The notes: generated from the sequence alone by a model not told the origin. A stretch of 64,000 nucleotides of DNA from Verrucomicrobia bacterium UBA6056 (GCA_002429005.1 DIYK01000018.1:1-64000); one strand, 5' to 3'; shown: positions 43,275 through 53,451, counted from the stretch's first letter. Made by a program: numbers and translations.

Positions 43275-45175
43275 CTCGTTTGGGGCCGGGTAGGCCTCCG
43301 GACATTGAGCGTCAGCAACCAGGATTCCAGCGCAAGGAAGATCAACCCAAATAAGGCGATCAACCCGGTGAATTCCACACGGGAAGGTTCGGCATCGGCT
43401 TTTTCACTTCGATCTTCAAATACGCGCAGGTCCAGGTCCCCGCCCCATTCCTCAAGCTCCTCAATGCTGAGTTGCTGGCGGCTGTCTTCCGCAGGGTCGC
43501 GGTTCAGAGCGACCACATTGCCATTCACGGTGTAACGACCTGTGCGGCGTTCCGGATGCAGACTGCTGTCACCATCCACAGAACGCCATTCTGCGTTCTC
43601 CGGCAGATCATAGTCGCCCAAGGTCTGAAGACCCCAACGGCGTTCGGCTCGGCGACCTTCCTGCAACATACGCTGCAACATCGGTACCCAGATGAAACCA
43701 GCGTCCAAGTTGGACACATTCCGCTCGGGAAGACTCAGCAATTCGTAGACGACCCCTTCTCCCATCTCACGGCGGGTCAACAGAGGGGATCCATCTTGCA
43801 AGGTGGCCATCACCTCTGTGCCTTCCAGCAGGGTTTTGGGAACAATCTGTTGGATTTCCACCAGATCGAGACGCAACGCCTCTCCACCTTCCGTGGCCAA
43901 GGGCCCCGCCTGTTCATTCCAATCACTTACACCGAGAAACCCGGAATCGCTGTCCACAGGTTGGAGCTCTGAGCTTTGCGGCAGCTGCAGGAGCACCCCG
44001 CCAGCTTCCACCCAAGCCTGTTCCGCTTCACTGAGCGTATCTGCAGCATCACGGGCCCAGAAGGCCACGCCTTCATCCAGTTCAGCCCAGTTGTCCAGGA
44101 CTTCCCGAAAACCGGGACGCGGCAACAGACCTGCTCGCAGGCTACGGCCTAAGAGCAAGGAATCGCTTTCCACTTTCGCTTTTACAGCGGAACTGGGACG
44201 CCAGGCGATCGCGACGGTATTGTCCACGTCGTTGCTGTCTGCAGGAACGCGAATCAAGGCCTGAAGTTCACGGCCATCATCTGTCAGCGGAATCGCCTGT
44301 TCCCAAAGGAAACTACGGCCTTCCACCAGCAAATCGTCCTGCAGGCTCAAGCCACCGGATTCCACAGTGAGGGCCACAGATTCCCCTTCTTCTTTGTCGC
44401 GAATCATGCGTAAGGGAATCAGCAACTCTTCGCCATCACGGCGGGGAGGTCCAGCCAACTGCAACGAGCGGTTACCCGCATCCGGGGGAACCTGGGCCAC
44501 ATCGAGGACACGCAGAGTGATCGAACTGCCCAATTCGCCCCATTCAGACCAATCCGGTAAACCGGCTCCTTCGGGCAACCAGGCTGAGGCCTGACGGTCC
44601 GTCGGGATCCAAATCTCAGCACGGGGAGCCCCACTCCGCGCGACTTCCTGAAGGGCGGTTTTCAACATCGTGGTGATATCCGCGGGGCCTTCCGCAGAAG
44701 AAGCCATGGGCAAACGTTCCAACTCGACGCCCTTTGAAAGGGGGGTCACGGACTGGTCTACAGAGTCAATCCACAGGACGCGGGAACCGGCAGGGAGTTC
44801 GTCCAAGCCTTGTTGCAGCAGGGCCACCGCTCGTTCACGGCCACTGGAGCCGCCCCGTTCCAGTTCCATACTGGTGGAGCGGTCAAAAAGAACCACCACC
44901 ATGGTGCTTCCGCGATCAAAGAACTGAGCCAGCCGTCCTTTGGACTGAAGCCGAGCCAACGCCAGGAGGAAGAGCAACAGCATCAAACAACGCGCTGCGA
45001 GAATGATCCATTGGCGGATTTTGGCACGCCGGGAGGCATCCCGGTCCGCGCTGCGCAGGAACATCATCGCCGCCCACTTTACCGTCCGATATCGGAGACG
45101 GTTCAGCAGGTGGATGATGACTGGCAGCAAAGCCAGTGGCAACAGCCACAAAAACAGAGGAGAAATTGCACTCAC
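43253..45175 (-). CDS. BatA (aerotolerance-regulator N-terminal) domain protein with vWA MIDAS
   Basis: The N-terminus MSAISPLFLWLLPLALLPVIIHLLNRLRYRTVKWAAMMFL… is the hallmark BatA N-domain. It has a second TM, then 'VVVLFDRSTSME' (DxSxS). Overlaps DUF58 upstream by 4 nt. Confidence 0.65.
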
Positions 45176-46101
45176 TTACGCTGTCCTCCCGCGGCGGCTT
45201 TTTTGCCGGCATGCTCCAACAGGAATGAGGTCAACAGCGTTTCAAAATCGCCATCCATTCGAGCATTGCGGTAATCAATTTGAAATTTGCGGCAGCCATC
45301 CCGAAGGGCGGTCATGTGATTTTCCAGGCCTTCCAAATAGGTCTGCAACATCACACTCGGATCCGCCACCAGATCCGCTCCCCCTTCCAAGTCCACAAAA
45401 CGAACCGGTCGGTTAAAATCGAACTCCAGTTCCTGAGGATCCATAATCTGGAATAAACTGACTTCATGACGGCAAAACACCAAATGTTGTAGTGCATCCA
45501 TCAGTTCGTCTGCAGGCACAAATGCATCCGTCATCACCAAGACCACCGCACGGCGTTGTACCCGTTCGGCGAGATTATGAAGCGCATCCACCAGCGTAGA
45601 CTCCCCTTTGGGCTCCACTTGTTCTACCAAGTCAAACAAGGTGTGCAGGTGCGAGGGAGCCTGACGTGCCGGGAGGTCGAGGTTTTCATGCTCCCCACAG
45701 CAGTGAAGCCCAACCGCATCCCCTTGCTGCACGAGCATGTATGCGAGATGACAGGCTAAACGACGGGCGTAGTCAAAACGACTGCCATTGCCAGAGTCGA
45801 AGAGCATGGAACCACTGGCATCAAGCACCACATAGGCTCTCAGGTTGGTGTCAGCTTCAAATTCTTTGATGTAAAAACGGTCTGAGCGGGCGTAGACCTG
45901 CCAGTCAATATGCTTGGGGTCATCCCCTTGAACATATTTCCGGTACTCTGCGAATTCCACAGAGGCCCCGCGGGTCGCCGAGCGGTGCATACCGGTGACC
46001 GAACCCAACATGGGGGTGGCCACCTGCAGCTGCATACGGCTGAGACGGGACAGCACGGCACCGTCCAGAAAGGGACGGGCGGAGGGATTGACGGAGGCCA
46101 C
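45172..46101 (-). CDS. DUF58-family protein (vWA-like partner of MoxR)
   Basis: …GMHRSATRGASVEFAEYRKYVQGDDPKHIDWQVYARSDRFYIKEF…VVLDASGSM… is the canonical DUF58 signature. Confidence 0.8.
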   Translation of the reverse strand: MASVNPSARPFLDGAVLSRLSRMQLQVATPMLGSVTGMHRSATRGASVEFAEYRKYVQGDDPKHIDWQVYARSDRFYIKEFEADTNLRAYVVLDASGSMLFDSGNGSRFDYARRLACHLAYMLVQQGDAVGLHCCGEHENLDLPARQAPSHLHTLFDLVEQVEPKGESTLVDALHNLAERVQRRAVVLVMTDAFVPADELMDALQHLVFCRHEVSLFQIMDPQELEFDFNRPVRFVDLEGGADLVADPSVMLQTYLEGLENHMTALRDGCRKFQIDYRNARMDGDFETLLTSFLLEHAGKKAAAGGQRK

Positions 46102-46104
46102 CGA

Positions 46105-47112
46105 TCAAACCCGGACGAGTTCTTCCTGGAGACGCTCGATCACGTCTGCCGAGGTGATGCCCTCGGACTGAGCATGGAAGTTGGTCAGAATACGGTGGGT
46201 GAGCACCGGTTCTGCCACGGCTGCCACGTCTTCGACCTGCACCAGCATGGAGCCTCGCAGCACTGCGTGGGCTTTGGCACCCAGTACCAAATACTGCAAG
46301 GCACGGGGACCCGGTCCCCACATGACCATTTCTTTAACCCAATCCGGACTGTCCGCCTGACCCGGACGTGCAGAGCGGACCAGTTTCACCACGTATTCAT
46401 ATACGTGATCGGCCACCGGAATCCGGCGCACCACGTTCTGGGCTTCCAAAATCTGTTCACCGGTCAATACCGGGTTCAGCTGAGCTGCAGCACCGCCCGT
46501 GGTTTCCTTGGCAATCCGTAGTTCTTCGTCGTACGTCGGATATTTCACTTCGATCAGGAACATGAAACGGTCCAACTGCGCTTCCGGCAACGGATAGGTT
46601 CCTTCCTGTTCGATCGGGTTCTGCGTCGCCAGCACGAAGAAAGGCTTTTCAAGGTGGAAGGTATGGTTACCCGCATCCACTTGATACTCCTGCATCGCCT
46701 GAAGCAAGGCAGCCTGCGTTTTGGGAGGCGTACGGTTAATTTCGTCGGCCAGCACAATGTTGGCAAAAATGGGGCCCTTGATGAACTCAAACTCACGCTT
46801 GCCGTCGTCGGTCTGCTGAAGAATGTCCGTACCCGTAATATCGGAGGGCATAAGGTCCGGGGTGAACTGAATCCGGCTGAAGTCCAGAGACATCAACTTG
46901 GAGAGAGAGGAAATCAACAGGGTTTTCGCCAGTCCAGGCACACCCATGAGCAGTCCATGACCACGAGCAAGAAGGCAGATCAACAGTTTGTCGACGACTT
47001 CATCCTGACCGATGATGACTTTGCTGAGTTCCTGTTTCACCTGGGCCATCTGGCCACGAAGGGCCTCTACGGCTGCGACATCATCCATTGCGGGGGCGTT
47101 CTGTTCGGACAT
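46105..47112 (-). CDS. MoxR-family AAA+ ATPase
   Basis: 335 aa. Walker A 'GVPGLAKT', Walker B 'LLADEINR', and …FFVLATQNPIEQEGTYPLPEAQLDRFMF…. Confidence 0.9.
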   Translation of the reverse strand: MSEQNAPAMDDVAAVEALRGQMAQVKQELSKVIIGQDEVVDKLLICLLARGHGLLMGVPGLAKTLLISSLSKLMSLDFSRIQFTPDLMPSDITGTDILQQTDDGKREFEFIKGPIFANIVLADEINRTPPKTQAALLQAMQEYQVDAGNHTFHLEKPFFVLATQNPIEQEGTYPLPEAQLDRFMFLIEVKYPTYDEELRIAKETTGGAAAQLNPVLTGEQILEAQNVVRRIPVADHVYEYVVKLVRSARPGQADSPDWVKEMVMWGPGPRALQYLVLGAKAHAVLRGSMLVQVEDVAAVAEPVLTHRILTNFHAQSEGITSADVIERLQEELVRV

Positions 47113-47342
47113 ACGACTTGTTCCTGTGGGGACAACTGTGAGTAAGACTAATCGGAAAGTTCACACTATGCGATACCAGCAAAATGCAACCCAAAAACAA
47201 CTATGCGAGAAAAGTTTCAAAGGGATAGACACAAATTAGGGAAGACCCACAGAAACGTAGCAAATCCATAATAGATTAGCGCAGAGTGCTTTGTGTATGT
47301 ACGCGATCGAAGAAGAAAAGTTAACAGGGATATCCGTTCGAG

Positions 47343-48086
47343 TTATTCGTCCTCGAACTCCTGATCCAAACTTCGATGCCGTACGATTTCCCCGGAAACC
47401 AAATAAATGATGTCTTCTGCGATGTTACAAGTGTGGTCCGCAATCCGCTCCAGATCTTTCGCGTTTTGATAAACCGCGAACAAGGAAGTCGTTTTTCCCG
47501 GCGAAAGCATGACCTCTTTCCCGAACCACTGCTCCACCTCCGACAGCAAACGGTCCACTTCATCATCCTGAAGCAGGATGCCGCGACAGCTATCAATGTC
47601 TTTATCAATGAGAGCATCCAGACTGTTGCGCAACATTTCCCTGGCTTGCGCAGCCATATCCTCCAGCTGATGAGGAAAGGCCACCATGGGGGCCTCGGCA
47701 AGTTGGGCCGCACGACGGCTGAGGTTGTCCGCCAAATCTCCAATCCGCTCCAGGTCATGATTAATTTTCATCAAAGCAATGACGTATCTGAGATCCGACG
47801 CCAAAGGGTGGTGCAGAGCCAGAACTTTAAAACACTCCTCCTCAATACGAACTTCCAAGCGGTTCACCCGCTCATCCTCATCAGCCAGTTCCCGGGCCCG
47901 CTGGGCATCGAGACTTTTCACGGACTGAACACCGAAGCGCAAATTTTCTTCAACCCGCCCGCCCAGCTGGAGAATCAAGCGGTTGAGTAAATCAATTTCA
48001 CGTTTCAGCTGAGGTACATGCATAGACAAGTAGCGTTTGAAGAGGTCTTCGTCTAAGATCTTCATAGGATTGTGGATAATGTCCAC
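47343..48086 (-). CDS. phoU: PhoU-family phosphate-signalling regulator
   Basis: Two PhoU repeats (…HHPLASDLRYVIALMKINHDLERIGDLADN… and …FAVYQNAKDLERIADHTCNIAED…). Confidence 0.75.
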   Translation of the reverse strand: MDIIHNPMKILDEDLFKRYLSMHVPQLKREIDLLNRLILQLGGRVEENLRFGVQSVKSLDAQRARELADEDERVNRLEVRIEEECFKVLALHHPLASDLRYVIALMKINHDLERIGDLADNLSRRAAQLAEAPMVAFPHQLEDMAAQAREMLRNSLDALIDKDIDSCRGILLQDDEVDRLLSEVEQWFGKEVMLSPGKTTSLFAVYQNAKDLERIADHTCNIAEDIIYLVSGEIVRHRSLDQEFEDE

Positions 48087-48237
48087 ATTTTTGTTAGCGC
48101 ATGATGTGCCTAACTCAGTTTTCCATAGAAAGCTTTAAACGTTAACAATTCCACTTTGCACGAAGCTTCCTCCAAAAATGCAGGCTGTCCCCAAGAAAGG
48201 AGCATACATTTTTGAAGCGATGAATGCAGAACAGGCG

Positions 48238-49086
48238 TCAGGAAGCCAAACGACGAATCTTCGGGCTTCGCTGACCCAGCAACTGCTTCAGGAGCAAACT
48301 GAGCACAAAAAACAGACCCAACACTAGAATCAGACAGGCGCCACTCCGAACATCCAGCCAGTTGCTGATGGCAATCGCCAGGATCCCACTTCCACCTCCC
48401 AGCAAGCCGCTTCCCCAGATCAGGGCCCTAGGGCTCTGCATCCACTGCATTAGAATCGCCGGCGGCATAATGAACATCGCCGCGGATAACACCGTCCCCA
48501 CCGCCTGGAGCGAGGTCACCAGACCCAGAACCACCATCAGCATATACAACATCCCCAACCATCGAACCCGAAGTCCCATGGCGGCAGCCACGGAAGGATC
48601 AAAGAGCCACAGAATCCAAGCCCTGCGAAAGAGCAGCATCAACAGAATAATGAGGGAAGCCACTGCAAAGGACATTCGCAGATCCATCGCACGAAGCCCC
48701 AGCAAATTCCCAAAAAGCCAGCTTTCCAAATGGGTGAAGGTAGGCACCCGCTCCAGAATCAACAATCCAGCCGCGAAGAAGGTAGTGTACAGAACGGTTA
48801 ACGAGCTCTGATCATCCAGACGTCCCAGGCGGGCCACCCAAATCGAGCTTAATCCGACCAGCAAGGCCCCAAACAAAGCGCCAACAAGCCCGATCCAAGG
48901 ACTTAACACACCAAAAATCAACAAGGCTAACGCAATTCCCGGTAAGAGAGCATGAGCCAAGGCGCTGACAAACAGAGCATTTTTTTTCAGTACCACCAGA
49001 GTACCCAGAGCTCCATTGCTGAAGCCAATCACCAAAACCGCAAGCAAGGCTCGCTGATTAAACAGGTGCTCTAAAAACTCAAACAT
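48238..49086 (-). CDS. metal (Zn/Mn) ABC transporter permease, ABC-3 (cluster A-I) family
   Basis: About 8 TM helices and a ZnuB/MntB-like conserved loop. The start was chosen at the MFEFLEH… ATG, which overlaps the ATPase gene stop; the ORF list gives a longer N-terminus (49158). Confidence 0.8.
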   Translation of the reverse strand: MFEFLEHLFNQRALLAVLVIGFSNGALGTLVVLKKNALFVSALAHALLPGIALALLIFGVLSPWIGLVGALFGALLVGLSSIWVARLGRLDDQSSLTVLYTTFFAAGLLILERVPTFTHLESWLFGNLLGLRAMDLRMSFAVASLIILLMLLFRRAWILWLFDPSVAAAMGLRVRWLGMLYMLMVVLGLVTSLQAVGTVLSAAMFIMPPAILMQWMQSPRALIWGSGLLGGGSGILAIAISNWLDVRSGACLILVLGLFFVLSLLLKQLLGQRSPKIRRLAS

Positions 49087-49870
49087 GCGCAGGCGCCTCT
49101 CTCTTCGCAAAACAACGTTCGAGGTTTTCCGGAGTAAACACCTCCTCAGTAGGACCAAATGCCACTTGCTCGCGGTTCAATAAAAGCACATGATCAAACA
49201 ATTCCGGAACCTGTTTGAGGTCATGATGACACACCAACAACAAACGACCATGTCCCGCAAGTTCATGAAACAAGTCGCCCAGAATCTGTTGCGAGGGCTC
49301 ATCCAAGCCCGCGAAGGGTTCATCCAGAAGCAGCACATGGGCTTCTTGAGCCAAAGCCCGTGCAATATGAGCACGTTGGAGCTGCCCCCCACTCAACTGA
49401 AAGAGACGGCGGGATTGCAGATCCTGCAGTTTCAGCGTCTCCAGGGCCGCATCGACAACCTCATCATCCAGCGAGCGCCATCTTTTCCACAAACCAAGAT
49501 GAGGAAAGCGCCCCAACTCTACCAAACCGCGGACGGTCATCGGAAATTGCCGCTCTCCCTCATCCACCTGAGGCAAATAAGCGATCTCGCCCCGTTGACT
49601 CTCCGGTGCACGCCCACACCAAAGGAGTTGCCCCTTTCTGTTGGGAATCAAACCGGCAATGCTTTTCATTAAGGTACTTTTGCCAGCCCCATTTTGCCCC
49701 AGCAGCCCCACGCAATGCCCACAACCAATTCGAAAGCTCACACCACTCAAGGCACAGATGTTTCGATAATAGACCTCCAGGTCCTCCACGAACAACTCAT
49801 GGGTTTCCATGGGTTGGCCGGCGCTGGCCAAATGGGTTAAGGATTCGCAGTCTTTCACTCCCAACTCCAT
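49079..49870 (-). CDS. metal ABC transporter ATP-binding protein (ZnuC/MntA-like)
   Basis: Walker A 'GLLGQNGAGKSTL', ABC signature 'LSGGQLQRAHIARAL', Walker B 'LLLDEPFAGLD'. Confidence 0.85.
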   Translation of the reverse strand: MELGVKDCESLTHLASAGQPMETHELFVEDLEVYYRNICALSGVSFRIGCGHCVGLLGQNGAGKSTLMKSIAGLIPNRKGQLLWCGRAPESQRGEIAYLPQVDEGERQFPMTVRGLVELGRFPHLGLWKRWRSLDDEVVDAALETLKLQDLQSRRLFQLSGGQLQRAHIARALAQEAHVLLLDEPFAGLDEPSQQILGDLFHELAGHGRLLLVCHHDLKQVPELFDHVLLLNREQVAFGPTEEVFTPENLERCFAKREAPAHV

Positions 49871-50277
49871 TGGAAGTTTTTGCGAAATTCTTGTTTGGCC
49901 CAGGCGCCAGCTCGGCGATCTTCCAGCCCATCCGGTTCCACACGAATTTCCACATAGGCTGAATCCTCCAGATCCGGCCAGGATCCGCTTACTTCGAGTT
50001 GTATCTGCCCCCCATGCACATGCAGTTCCAGATCAGCATCTGCGCGGGTATCCCCTCCCCCTGTCCAAAGTTGCTGACCTTCATGCCAAATCGACCAGCT
50101 TTCTGGAGCGTGAGAACTGCGAAGCTCTATCCAGACCTCACTGCGTGCAAGATCTTCAGCCCCCTCCCCGGCATCTGCTAACCCAGAGGGGGTTCGGGTT
50201 AAGAACTGAACCGGAATGATCCCAAGGATAATGAGCGTCAGAGCAACCAGTAACTCAGCTACCGGGCGGCCTCTCAA
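49855..50277 (-). CDS. hypothetical membrane-anchored periplasmic protein embedded in the metal-transport operon
   Basis: It overlaps the SBP gene (4 nt) and the ATPase gene (16 nt). One N-terminal TM helix and a His/Asp/Glu-rich soluble part. No recognisable family. Confidence 0.45.
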   Translation of the reverse strand: MRGRPVAELLVALTLIILGIIPVQFLTRTPSGLADAGEGAEDLARSEVWIELRSSHAPESWSIWHEGQQLWTGGGDTRADADLELHVHGGQIQLEVSGSWPDLEDSAYVEIRVEPDGLEDRRAGAWAKQEFRKNFQWSWE

Positions 50278-51185
50278 GGAGTTTCTTTCTCTCCAAGAGC
50301 TGCAACAATTGAGTTCGTATTATGCTTCATCATATCCACGTAGCTCGTATCTTCTGAGTTGATATTGTCGGCAAGTAAGGGCTCACCCAACTTAATGCCG
50401 GTCGCCTCTTGAAGAGCGTGGATATTGTGATTCCGTCCACCGATTTCCGGGAAAACGGCACGGATTTTGTTTTCTTTCAGAATCTCAATGCTCTCCCCAA
50501 GCTCTGCGGGCGTAGCACTTTGATCTCCTGCCAAGCCTTTCACCGGCAAGGCCTGAAAGCCATAGACATCGCAGAAGTACCCAAAGGCTGCGTGAGCCGT
50601 CACGAGAATGCGTTGTCGTTTGGGCACCCGGTTCAACTCACCCTCGATCCATTGATCCAGCTCCGCCAACACATCCATATGGGCACGGGTACGCTCCCGG
50701 ATCACCGCTTTGTGCTCCGGGAGAAGCTTTTCCAATTCTTTGCCCAGATGCCGAGTTGCCCGGCGCATCGCCTGAGGACTCTGCCACCAGTGAGGATCCA
50801 CTGCGCCATGCATGTGTCGGGGACAGCAGGCAAAGGTCGCATTTCGTGGATCAATCACTACGGAAGGAACAGGCCGTCCCACTTCGTATATGTTTACGCC
50901 TGCAGGTAGATTCGCCTTAATCCGATCCAGGTAGGGCTCAAGATTCTTTCCCATAGCCAAAACCAGGTTCACCTGCTGAAGCTGCGTCAACTCAGAAGGC
51001 TTTGGATCAAAGCTGTGCGGATTGGCATTGGGGGGTAACAACGAAAGCACCTCGACCTGTTCCCCGCCCAAGGTTTGAGCCAGTTCGGTCAACAAAGGAT
51101 GAAGCGTGGCTACCCGTAAGGGTTCGGCAAGCAGCACCGTGCTGAACATGCACAGTACACAAAAGGAGGTAAAGAAGCGTTTCAT
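50274..51185 (-). CDS. metal (Zn/Mn) ABC transporter substrate-binding protein (TroA/ZnuA/MntC cluster A-I)
   Basis: Signal peptide. …CCPRHMHGAVDPHWWQSP… contains the metal-ligand His/Asp and the DPHxW motif of this family. There is no long His-rich loop. Confidence 0.8.
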   Translation of the reverse strand: MKRFFTSFCVLCMFSTVLLAEPLRVATLHPLLTELAQTLGGEQVEVLSLLPPNANPHSFDPKPSELTQLQQVNLVLAMGKNLEPYLDRIKANLPAGVNIYEVGRPVPSVVIDPRNATFACCPRHMHGAVDPHWWQSPQAMRRATRHLGKELEKLLPEHKAVIRERTRAHMDVLAELDQWIEGELNRVPKRQRILVTAHAAFGYFCDVYGFQALPVKGLAGDQSATPAELGESIEILKENKIRAVFPEIGGRNHNIHALQEATGIKLGEPLLADNINSEDTSYVDMMKHNTNSIVAALGEKETP

Positions 51186-51188
51186 GGT

Positions 51189-51212
51189 TTAATGATAGGT
51201 CTTTATCATTAA
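51189..51212. promoter_or_regulatory. perfect 9-6-9 inverted repeat TTAATGATA-ggtctt-TATCATTAA, a Fur-family (Zur/Mur-like) operator candidate at the metal transporter start
   Basis: Read directly from the sequence, 4 nt upstream of the SBP start codon, inside the divergent 103-bp region shared with deoA. It is AT-rich with an ATGATA/TATCAT core, like Fur/Zur boxes. Confidence 0.4.
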
Positions 51213-51288
51213 CCTGAGGCACCCTCTTTTCAAGAGGGAAGCTTAGGAAAGCATTGCCCAGAGCCTCTGCCTCCGCTAGCAGGGATCG

Positions 51289-52593
51289 ATGGAACATCCT
51301 CCGCAATGGACAATCGAACGCAAGCGAGATGGAACGACGTTGAGTGCGGAAGAGATCCGCAGTTTTATCCTGGCCTATCACCGGGGAGAGATTCCGGACT
51401 ACCAAATGTCCGCATTGTGTATGACCATCCTGTGGCGGGGGATGAACCCCGAGGAAGTCTCCGCCCTCACTTCGGCTATGATGGAAAGTGGTCAGTGCCT
51501 GGACAGCTCTTCTCTCAGCCAGCCGGTCATTGACAAACACAGCAGTGGGGGCATTGGGGATAAAACCAGCCTCATTCTTGCGCCGATGGCCGCGGCATGT
51601 GGTCTCGCTGTGCCCATGATCTCGGGGCGGGGACTGGGCCTTACCGGCGGTACCCTCGACAAGCTGGAAAGCCTGCCAGGCTACCGGACCCGTCTGAGCG
51701 AACAAGAACTCCTCGCCCAGCTTGCCAAAGAAGGCTGCGCGATCGTGGGACAAAGCGAACAACTTGCCCCTGCGGACCGCAAACTTTATGCGCTCAGGGA
51801 TGTCACCGGTTGCGTCCCGTCGATTCCTCTGATTACAGCCAGCATTATGTGCAAAAAGTTATCCGAAGGCCTGCATGGACTGGTGCTAGATGTCAAAGTA
51901 GGACGTGGTGCGTTTATGAAGCACATGGAGGACGCACGGGAACTGGCGGACAGCATGATTCGGGTTGGCCGGGAATTGAACACCCCGGTCTGCGCTGTGA
52001 TCAGCAACATGGATCATCCCTTAGGCCACAGTGTTGGCAACGCGGTTGAGGTTCAGGAATGCATTGATCTGATGCAGCAGGGGCCCAGCGAAACGCCTCT
52101 TTGGATCCTCACCCGGGATCTGGGAGCACGCATGCTCCAACTAGCTGGCCGATGCCAAAGCCTGCAGGAAGGACAATGCATCTGCAACCAAGCCCTGCAA
52201 AGCGGGGCGGTCTGGGCCAAGGCAGAGGCCATGTTCCGCGCTCAAGGCTGGAACGGCGAAGCCCTGCCTCAGGCCCCCCTTCAGGTTGACATCCCCTCCC
52301 CTCAAGCCGGCTGGGTACAGGACCTGGACGCAGAAAAAATCGGTAGGCTGGTCCTTCTTCTGGGTGGAGGGCGTCGGCAAGTAGAGGACCAAATCGATCA
52401 CGCAGTAGGCCTCTCCAGGCTCTGTCAGGTAGCTGAGCCCCTGGAAACAGGTCAGACTCTTGCCACACTGCATCTCCGCAGGGAAGATCAGCGCTCGGAA
52501 GCTACGGCTCTTCTCCTGGATGCCATCCACATTGGCGAACAGGCCCCGGACCCGAGTACATTGATATACGAAACACGGGGGATCGAAACGTGA
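51289..52593 (+). CDS. deoA: thymidine (pyrimidine-nucleoside) phosphorylase
   Basis: …VIDKHSSGGIGDKTSLILAPMAAACGLAVPMISGRGLGLTGGTLDKLESLPG… is near-identical in pattern to E. coli DeoA. 434 aa. Confidence 0.85.
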   Translation: MEHPPQWTIERKRDGTTLSAEEIRSFILAYHRGEIPDYQMSALCMTILWRGMNPEEVSALTSAMMESGQCLDSSSLSQPVIDKHSSGGIGDKTSLILAPMAAACGLAVPMISGRGLGLTGGTLDKLESLPGYRTRLSEQELLAQLAKEGCAIVGQSEQLAPADRKLYALRDVTGCVPSIPLITASIMCKKLSEGLHGLVLDVKVGRGAFMKHMEDARELADSMIRVGRELNTPVCAVISNMDHPLGHSVGNAVEVQECIDLMQQGPSETPLWILTRDLGARMLQLAGRCQSLQEGQCICNQALQSGAVWAKAEAMFRAQGWNGEALPQAPLQVDIPSPQAGWVQDLDAEKIGRLVLLLGGGRRQVEDQIDHAVGLSRLCQVAEPLETGQTLATLHLRREDQRSEATALLLDAIHIGEQAPDPSTLIYETRGIET

Positions 52594-53414
52594 TCCAGCC
52601 CGCGCAGTTACAGCAAGCCTGGCACGCTGTGCAGAAAGAGTGGCCTGACCTCCACCCGAAACGGGCCCTGATCTGCGGGTCAGGTTGGGGAGAAGCCCTA
52701 AGGGAACTGAACATCCTGGGAGAGCTTGCTTACGCGGATCTACCCGGACTGGGAGCAACCGCGGTCGCCGGTCATGCCGGCAAACTTCTTTATGCCGAAG
52801 TGGATTCGCAGCGATGTCTGATCTTTTTAGGCCGGCGGCATCTGTATGAAGGCCTGGGCTGGACCCCCATTGCACTGCCCATCTATGTGGCCAAACAGGC
52901 CGGGGTGAGAGAGATTCTGCTCACCAACGCAGCAGGTGCGATCTTAAAAGGAGTGCAGCCTGGAGAGTTCATGCTGATTTCCGATCACATCAACCTCATG
53001 GGAGACAATCCTCTCTGCGGTCCGCATCTCCCCGAGTGGGGAGATCGCTTTCCGGATCAAAGTCAGGTCTATTGCCCCAGGCTTCGAACAGCGTTGCACA
53101 GCCTGGCCGCGGAACAGGGACTCCACCTACATGAAGGCGTTTACGCCGCTACACGAGGTCCTCTTTATGAAACCCCAGCCGAAATCCGTGCCTGGAAGAG
53201 CCTGGGAGCGGATGCAGTGGGTATGTCTACCGTTCCTGAAGCCCAATTGGCCTCTGCGGCTGGATTACGGGTAGCCGGCTTATCCTGCCTGACCAATCTT
53301 GCAGCAGGTTTGGGACAGGAATCCCTTTCCCATGAGGAGGTCCAACGGAATGCGGAAGCCGTTTTACCCAGCATGCGTCGACTGTTAACGAAGTGGCTTG
53401 GACAGCCATCCTGA
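52590..53414 (+). CDS. purine nucleoside phosphorylase (trimeric PNP/MTAP family)
   Basis: …ALICGSGWGE…, …HAGKLLYAEVDSQRCLIFLGRRHLYEG…, …VGMSTVPEAQLA… are PNP family hallmarks. It overlaps the deoA stop by 4 nt. Confidence 0.8.
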   Translation: MIQPAQLQQAWHAVQKEWPDLHPKRALICGSGWGEALRELNILGELAYADLPGLGATAVAGHAGKLLYAEVDSQRCLIFLGRRHLYEGLGWTPIALPIYVAKQAGVREILLTNAAGAILKGVQPGEFMLISDHINLMGDNPLCGPHLPEWGDRFPDQSQVYCPRLRTALHSLAAEQGLHLHEGVYAATRGPLYETPAEIRAWKSLGADAVGMSTVPEAQLASAAGLRVAGLSCLTNLAAGLGQESLSHEEVQRNAEAVLPSMRRLLTKWLGQPS

Positions 53415-53451
53415 CTTGACGAACAACCCAAGGAAGTTGGATAATCTTTCT

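Noticed and set aside
48057-48086. Inverted repeat TGTGGA-taatg-TCCACA at the PhoU start
   Set aside because: It is simply the coding sequence of MDIIHN at the PhoU N-terminus, not an intergenic operator.
53398-53451. Longer N-terminus (MDSHPDLTNNPRKLDNLS) for the HAD hydrolase
   Set aside because: The in-frame ATG at 53452 has an AGGAAG ribosome-binding site and begins directly with the HAD motif I. The extension would also overlap the PNP gene end.
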